DNA of 43,683 nt from positions 22,794,679 through 22,838,361 of the forward strand of contig NC_068984.1 of NCBI RefSeq assembly GCF_001194135.2, written 5' to 3'. The stretch is from Octopus bimaculoides. Taxonomy: Eukaryota. Below, piece by piece: positions 36,433-43,683 of the stretch. The position numbers and the translations under genes are program-made. The notes under the pieces are model-generated. The model did not search any database and was not told the DNA's origin. It saw only the letters and a list, made by a program, of their open reading frames with translations. Positions within the stretch are counted from its first letter, which is position 1, and each line of letters starts with the position of its first letter.

Positions 36433-36539
36433 CAAACAGAATTCGCGTAGCACAGTGTAACACGGCGGCACATTTTGAATTATAGGTGCAATCCATTCCA
36501 TGAACTTTTCTGTAAATTTTGTATCTGTCTAATTTCACT

Positions 36540-36655
36540 TACAACGTATGAGTCGACCCGAGGCGAGAGAAAATGGCATTTGTCCAAAATTCCACGCAAA
36601 GGATTGACCTTGTAGCCTCGAAGTTGCGGAGCGAAGTTCTTAACCATTCGGCCAT
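36540..36655 (-). mobile_element. Diverged SINE head (family A-like)
   Basis: gagtcgacccgaggc...ttccacgcaaaggattgacc...ttcttaaccattcggccatac. Confidence 0.45.
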
Positions 36656-37464
36656 ACTATACCTAGAAATAATTATACTTTCACTATAAAGCGAGAAATA
36701 TGTAGGGAAACGACGAAGAGAAGTATACTGCGTCCATTATTACAGCTCTTGCTAATATTTATTCTGAAATTCATAGTCACCCTATTCAACTCTGCCAACG
36801 ACAGAAAACATTTCCTAATCGATAAATGGTCTCAAAAATAATGAATGCTTTCAAATTGACATGAACACAATTCAGGAGAGAAAGGAAGGAAGTACTAAAC
36901 AAGTTTGGGATTTCACAATGTTTAAATTAAAACTGGATAGGTTGTCGACAACGTCTGTTGATGTGGCTAACTGAACCGCTGTTGTTTTAATTGTTACACT
37001 TTTATCGTGGCCATATTTTAGCTGTTCGCTGCATTTTTCACTTTTATCTTTCGTGTTTTCTTTTTTGTTTTTGTTTTTTTAATCTATTGGCGGTGGCTGT
37101 AGTTGTTGCTGTTTTTAATATTGTTGTTGTTTTGGGAGTTGTTGCTGTTTTGGGGTATTTTATGTGTTATTGTTGTTACTGCTACTATTGTTGCGGTCGA
37201 TTTTGTTTTTCTTATTGTTTTTAGACAGTTTTATAAGCTAAATACATGAAAGAACGGAGGATATAGACGAATTGATATGCTAACTCATTCCAATATTCCA
37301 GTTGTCCTTAATAACCTGATAGGGAAGAGGATACCATCTGCTAAATCCTTTCATTTGGTACCGTGTGGAGGTAAACCTTGCTGGAATGTAATTTGAAATG
37401 TCACTAATCGAAGTAGGAGAATTTCTCTCATCGTTCTCGCTTTATAGCTGTGGTGGAGACGGTT

Positions 37465-38345
37465 TTGTTGTTGCATTTCTTTAGAACCAGATCAAGCCTA
37501 ATCGAGCTGATATATGATTAAATGCATTCCAACTGTGACCAGCTCGTCTTTTTGAGGATATTTAGGATTACATTTCTAATATGTTCTTCCTATTTTTAAA
37601 ATGATAAAATGTCCAGTGAGTGATATTCAGCTATTTCTAACACGCCATACGACTACTTTATGACTCCCTCGTTTGTTGGAGAAGCTGCTTTTAGTTTGAT
37701 TCGTGTTGACGGTCGAATTGCTCATGCTGTTGTTGTTGTTGTTGTTGTTCTTGTCTTAGTTGATGTTGTTAGATGTAAGTTATGTCTATTGCTCTTCCGG
37801 TAGTTATATTTTTGCTGTTCGCTTGCTTGTTAATAGTAGCAAAAGTGGTTGATGGTGGCAGTAGTGCAGTATTCGTAGTTTTTGTTGTTGTTGTTGTTAT
37901 TGCTATTGTTGTTGTTGTCGCTGCTGTTGCTGTTGTTGTAGCTGTTGTTGTTTAATCTCAAGACAACGCCGACGAAGCAGAGCTACAATCAAATCTATTC
38001 CAACTATGGCCACCCTATCTGTTCACCCGGTACGATGCACCCAAACTACATTACACGGTGATCACTTTCATTTTTAGGGCTTCAGAACTTGGTTGCTATT
38101 TCTAATTTGTCGTATTCGCATAGAGGCTCCCCTCATGCTGCTGCTGCTGTTTAGTCCCAGATAGTCCGTGATTGAACAAATTTATGAAGGAAATAATTCA
38201 ACCATGACTTTCCCATCTGTTTCCAATATGCAAAAAATTCAGGAACATATTTTCCAACGTATCCTTTCCTAAGGCTATAGGATGTGATCTGAAAGAATTT
38301 GGCTGCTATATCTAGCAAAACGAATGAATACGCAATGGCGCCGCC
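37465..38345 (-). mobile_element. Three co-oriented copies of SINE-like family E with (CAA)/(CAG)n tails
   Basis: Copies lie at about 37465-37640, 37885-38131 and 38137-38345. Each begins on plus with (TTG/CTG)n plus tttag/tttaa, and each shares tt(g)gctgctat(t/a)tcta-like and gtgacca/ccatgac segments. Confidence 0.65.
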
Positions 38346-38805
38346 ATTGTCTCGTGATATCACGAGTAGCAGTGAGGGATAGTCACAGTATTGTTACGCA
38401 TGGATTATTATTACTGCAAACACGGTACTTTTCGCTCTTTTTATTTGTCCTTTGATTTCATTTGTTGTTGTTGTTTTTCCAATGTTAGAGTCGTTGTTTT
38501 TGTGGTTGTTGTCGGGAGATCAATATATAATATGATTATGAAAGCGAGAAAGAAATCAGCAGAACTTAAAAATATGTTTACTATAACACATCAAGACCAG
38601 CCAGCCTCGCCCTAATTACATTCATTCTTAACTATATGTTATGTTCTGGCTCTGTGATTCCACTTCGAACAAAGAAAGCTAGCAAGTTTACAATACGTCG
38701 GATAATTATATACATATACATACGTTTGCGTTTATATGTGTTTGCGTGTGTATATGCGTGTATGTATATGCATGTGTATATATACATATATACATACACA
38801 CATGC

Positions 38806-38849
<44 letters not shown>

Positions 38850-39435
38850 ATTCACGAACATATATTTATATGCACATCTATATACATATATATTGTATTG
38901 CACATACGTATATATACATATTAATAAATATATGAAGACATATATATAAATATATATATATATATACATATGTATTTTATATATATATATATATACGTGT
39001 GTGTGTGTGAGTGTATGTATGNNNNNNNNNNTATATATATATATATGTAATACACATGACGGCTCATACAAAATAGCGCACAATTATGTAAATGATCAAC
39101 AAATAAAAATAATGTCAAGAATAAAAACAAAAACAATATCAACAACAAATACACCAAGCAAAAGGCGAAAACAACCACAATCAGATGAGTCGCCTCTATA
39201 TCTTCCCTGCTCCCCCCCCAACACACACGTCACTGATCAACACTGCCGCCATTGAAATGAAATGTCTGTCAGCAAAACAAAATATAAATATATGTGTATA
39301 TATGTGTATATATTAAAATAATAACCACAAGTACAACAACAAAATTGTTGGTCATAAAAAGCTTTCAGACAACCGTAAAACATTTACTAAATTGAAAACT
39401 CAGGCTTTTAATACCATAAACAACGGTAGCAACAA

Positions 39436-39689
39436 TTATTATGATCATTATTAATATTATTATTATTATTATTATTAATATTATTATTGATGTTGTTGCT
39501 GTTGTTGTTGTTGTCATAGCCATCACAATCATCATCATCATCATCATCTTTGTGATTATCATCATCATTATCATTTGAAACGACATCGTTATTAACATGT
39601 TCATAGCTATCGTCATTATGTTTCTGATTGTAAGTTGGCCTTGTGCCTAATTTACAAGCTATTGTTATTGGTCTTGTTATTGTTGTTGT

Positions 39690-39775
<86 letters not shown>

Positions 39776-39776
39776 T
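39436..39776. repeat. Compound triplet repeat (ATT)n-(GTT)n-(CAT)n-(GTT)n-(ACT)n
   Basis: Direct reading of the sequence. Confidence 0.92.
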
Positions 39777-40254
39777 CAGCGGGAAAAGCTAATGGCGGGG
39801 AGCGAAGTGAATGAAAAGGGAAGAAAGCAGATGAGAAGGAGAAATGGGGGAGTAATCTAGAGTAGAGGTTAGAGGTGAAAAATGTACGGAAGGATGGTTG
39901 TGTATCGAATGTGGTCAAAAGAAAGATTTCTAATGATTAAGAGAAGAATAAAGGTTGTGGATAACAGGAAAATAGTTCTAATATATCTATAGTGCAAGGA
40001 GGGATATGCGCGCGTGTGTGTGTGTGTGTGTTTGTGTGTGTTTGTGTGTGTTTGTGTGTGTGTATATGTTTGGGAGTGAATGTGCGTAAGCTGATGTATA
40101 CAAATATATATATATATATATATATATACATACACACAAATATGTATATACATATATATATACATACATACATATGTGCATATATACATATTTGTGTGTG
40201 TACGTGTGTGTACGTGTGTGTACGTGTGTGTGCGTGTCTAAAAGTGCATGTGTG

Positions 40255-40490
40255 AAGATGCGTCGGCTGATGGTTAGGGCGTTGAACTCACAATCGTTAG
40301 ATCGTCGTTATGTTTCCCATATCGACAAATCGGCTGTGCGTTGTGCTCTTTGGGCGAAGCACGTCATTCCACGTTGGTTCAGTCTAGTCAGTTGTAAAGG
40401 GGTAGTTATACGACGGACTGACGTTTCGTTCAGGAGGGCATCATGCGAAACTAAAACAATGCAAAGCCCATTGTGTCTACCGGTGTATGT
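40255..40490 (+). mobile_element. Old tRNA-headed SINE with CORE-like segment
   Basis: gcgtcggctgatggttagggcgttgaactcacaatcg...gcgttgtgctctttgggcgaagcacgtcattccacgttggttcagtct. Confidence 0.55.
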
Positions 40491-41310
40491 CATCAGAGAG
40501 TTCGGTCTATATATATATATAAGCATGTGTGTGTGTGTGTATGTGTAAATATAAATATATATATATATGTATACACACACACACTCACACATATATATAT
40601 TAATCGAAATGTACAGTGTTATATATCCATTACGGCCGATCTTACCAGTCGGTTTCGCACTAGAGGTTCAACGGAGTGTTAGTGCGTTTCCTTCCTTTTC
40701 TGCTTTGATTAAATTCTTGGGGCATATATGTATGCATGCAGTGTGTGTACGGGTACAATATGTGAGGGTGCTTATATTGGGGATGGTGAAAAAAAATGCC
40801 TAATGGATGGATGTCTGCCGTACAAGGGCGCGTGTAGTTGTGGAAGCGTTTGTGTATGTTCTGGTCATATGACGAAGCGCTCAGAAAACATGAAGAATCA
40901 ATACACACACAGATAGATAGATAGATAGACAACGCAACGCGAATAAAATTATATGCAGACAAAAAGGCGAATATTGAGAAAAAATATTTATGACATTGTT
41001 ATGACGTGAGTTGTGAACGTCAGGTGTAAGAGTAGTATTTCCCAAATAAATACTGGCTAAGGTTATCTAGAATAACCTTTCGTATTATTAGCATGTTCAC
41101 ACAAAACGCACTCCGTACTTCTCCAACGTATTAAACTAACACAGTAACCAACGCGGTCAACTGTACCGCGGTCAACTACTGACAGTTCACACAGTTTCTG
41201 TGTTTTATTGAAATGCGTTAGTCCACTTTCAGTCACGTGGGAGTGGTCAGAATCCATCCACAACGGATATACGCTGGTATCATCTCTAAACAGGATAAGT
41301 ACGTCTCGAC

Positions 41311-41824
41311 CAGGGTTCGCCAAACTTTTTCGACCATCGAGCCCCTTTAGCTACTTCTCCTTCCGCATCGCCCCCCTTTAGCCACTTCTTCCGTATCGAC
41401 GACCCTCCTGATTTAAAATTTCTTAATACCCTACCGTGCCGTACCGTATCTTAAATGCGTACCAGGTACTGGTGCTGGCAATTAAAATGTTAGCTAAAAT
41501 ATGCATATATGACAAATTAAGAAATTCTATTGAAGATGACACACTTTTCCCATTTAAAACTATGTGTATGAATATACAGTATTAAACTTTCAATTTTTAT
41601 GAAATGTGAAAAACGCATCATGTTGCTGGAATATCTATTATTGAAAAAATTGACAGCATCAATGTGAGGGATGAACATGGCGCTGACTAAGTATTTCAAG
41701 CAGTTCATCTAATGAGCTAGTCTTTCGCACTCTGACCCTCATTCGACCCCTTGGCTATCATCGATCCTCTGTAATTCCTTGCCAACCTCTAGGGGGTTAT
41801 TGGGACGCCCTTCGGCGACACATG
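41311..41824. mobile_element. hAT (Charlie/Buster-type) non-autonomous element
   Basis: Left end CAGGGTTCGCCAAAC versus the reverse complement of the right end CATGTGTCGCCGAAG. The 8-bp flanks GTCTCGAC (41303-41310) and GTCTAGAC (41825-41832) fit the NTCTAGAN target preference. Subterminal catcg(a/c)cccc repeats are present. Confidence 0.78.
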
Positions 41825-41947
41825 GTCTAGACCTAGACCCAAATATAATGAAATTCACATTCTATTTCATTGGGTGTAAATATGTCCAAACGAACAAATT
41901 TAACATTAAAATTAACAATCAGGCAGACGCTATTATAATAGTAAAAT

Positions 41948-42125
41948 GTTTCTAGTCTAGGCACAAGGCTAGCCATTTCCTTTTTCCTTTCAATTTATTT
42001 TACTTTTAGATGACCAAGTTGATTACATCAACTCCAGTACTTGATTGATATTTCATTTTATCGAACCTGAAAGGACGAAAAGCAACGTTGACCTTGGTTG
42101 AACTCAATTTGAACTCAAAATGTAG
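41948..42125 (-). mobile_element. SINE family B fragment
   Basis: ctaggcacaaggctagcc...gattacatcaactccagtacttgattg...tttatcgaacctgaaaggacgaaaagcaacgttgacc. Confidence 0.75.
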
Positions 42126-42290
42126 ATTTGTTCCACCATCCCCACTACGCCTATCCCCACAACCACCACTACTGTTACTTATATCTTGTAAGCGTGTAAT
42201 TAAATGAGTGGTCAGGAAATTAATAGAGAAGCAATTATATAATGATTTATATAAAAGTATGTTTGTGAGTTTCTCTACGCATGATTATAT

Positions 42291-42341
<51 letters not shown>

Positions 42342-42549
42342 CACACACACATATNNNNNNNNNNACATACACACACACATATATGTGCAGGTATGTGCAT
42401 ACACACACACGCACACACACATATGTATACGTTTAGAGACAGGTAGAGAGAGAGAGACGCACACACGGTATGTTCGTCTGTCAATTGGCTGGATGTCCCC
42501 GTGCAAGAGCGTGTATGCATGTTGTTGCTATTCTGTCAATGTTATTCTT

Positions 42550-42750
42550 TTCTACTCTAGGCACAAGGTCCGAAATTTGGGGGGACGGGGCCAGTCGATT
42601 AGATCGACCTCAGTATGCAACTGGTACTTAATTTATTGACCCCCAAAAGGACGAAAGGCAAATTCGACCTCGGCGGAATTCAAACTCAGAACGTAAAGAC
42701 CAACGAAATAACGCTAAGCATTTCGCCCGGCGTGCTAACGTTTCTGCCTT
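42550..42750 (-). mobile_element. SINE family B, near full length
   Basis: ctaggcacaaggtccgaaatttgg...gacgaaaggcaaattcgacctcggcggaattcaaactcagaacgtaaagac...tttcgcccggcgtgctaacgtttctgcc. Confidence 0.88.
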
Positions 42751-43419
42751 GTTCTGTCAATGCTATTATTACTAGTTCTACACTGGCTACGCATATGTGA
42801 GAGTTTGTTTACGCGTGTGTATTCTTACTTTAGATAGCATTCATTTTGTAATAATAAATCGACGTATGTACGTATGTCGCGAACATGTATCTATACACTA
42901 AAGTGTAGGCAAAGTAAAACTCATTCGACGCATAAGTGCTCAAAATGTACGTATAAATCGTCAAACTTGAGCGTATGAATACACCAAAATCTCATTTAAC
43001 ATAGATAAACAGTCGACAAGTATAAAAAGTTATGAACTAATTTAAACGGCGAACTGTTATATCTTTGTAGTAGTAATTTATTTTTATGGGAATTAGGCAG
43101 TTTAGGCTAAATAGCGATGTGCTTTCTTAAAAATATTGTTTACAATGTTTCATCAAACGAAATATTGTATCAAAGCGATTGATAAACACCTACCTACTCC
43201 GAAAATACGCACACACAAAACCATTTTGCATAATTAAGTGACCAACAAGGATAGAAAATTATAGACTAATTTAAACTGGTAAACAATTTAAAGTAGTGCT
43301 TTGTTCTGTATAGGAATCATGTATTTAAGGAGAAGTGGTGATTTCTTTGGTACTTAAAAACATCATTTACAATTTCATCAAGCGACTGATGAACGTATGC
43401 ACTAACACATACATACTCA

Positions 43420-43683
<264 letters not shown>

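Overview
This is eukaryotic draft-assembly DNA, not prokaryotic. It is AT-rich and saturated with (TA)n, (CA)n, (GATA)n, (GA)n and triplet microsatellites, and has 13 N-gaps, most flanked by microsatellites. The tRNA-headed SINE families resemble ones I associate with octopus, so a coleoid cephalopod genome is my inference, not a verified assignment. I recognise no host protein-coding gene; nearly all supplied ORFs are artefacts of gaps or simple repeats. What I can support is a layered transposon graveyard. It holds a decayed Penelope-like element (RT plus Cys-linker GIY-YIG, 28.1-30.25 kb) interrupted by a 17-bp-TSD insertion, two R4/Dong-like RLE LINE remnants, and a CR1/L2-like RT remnant. 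It also holds a Tc1 end, a mini-mariner, a Charlie-type hAT MITE with TSD, and about 20 SINE copies from at least five families. The best second-look items are a ~315-bp fold-back element downstream of the PLE whose left flank folds as a minimal hammerhead ribozyme with one core mutation followed by AATAAA, a perfect 24-bp palindrome at 23859-23908, the microsatellite-bounded TSD insertion inside the PLE, and a CpG-rich structured island at 11.57-11.72 kb. I cannot claim a new biological system from sequence alone. All alignments and translations were done by hand.
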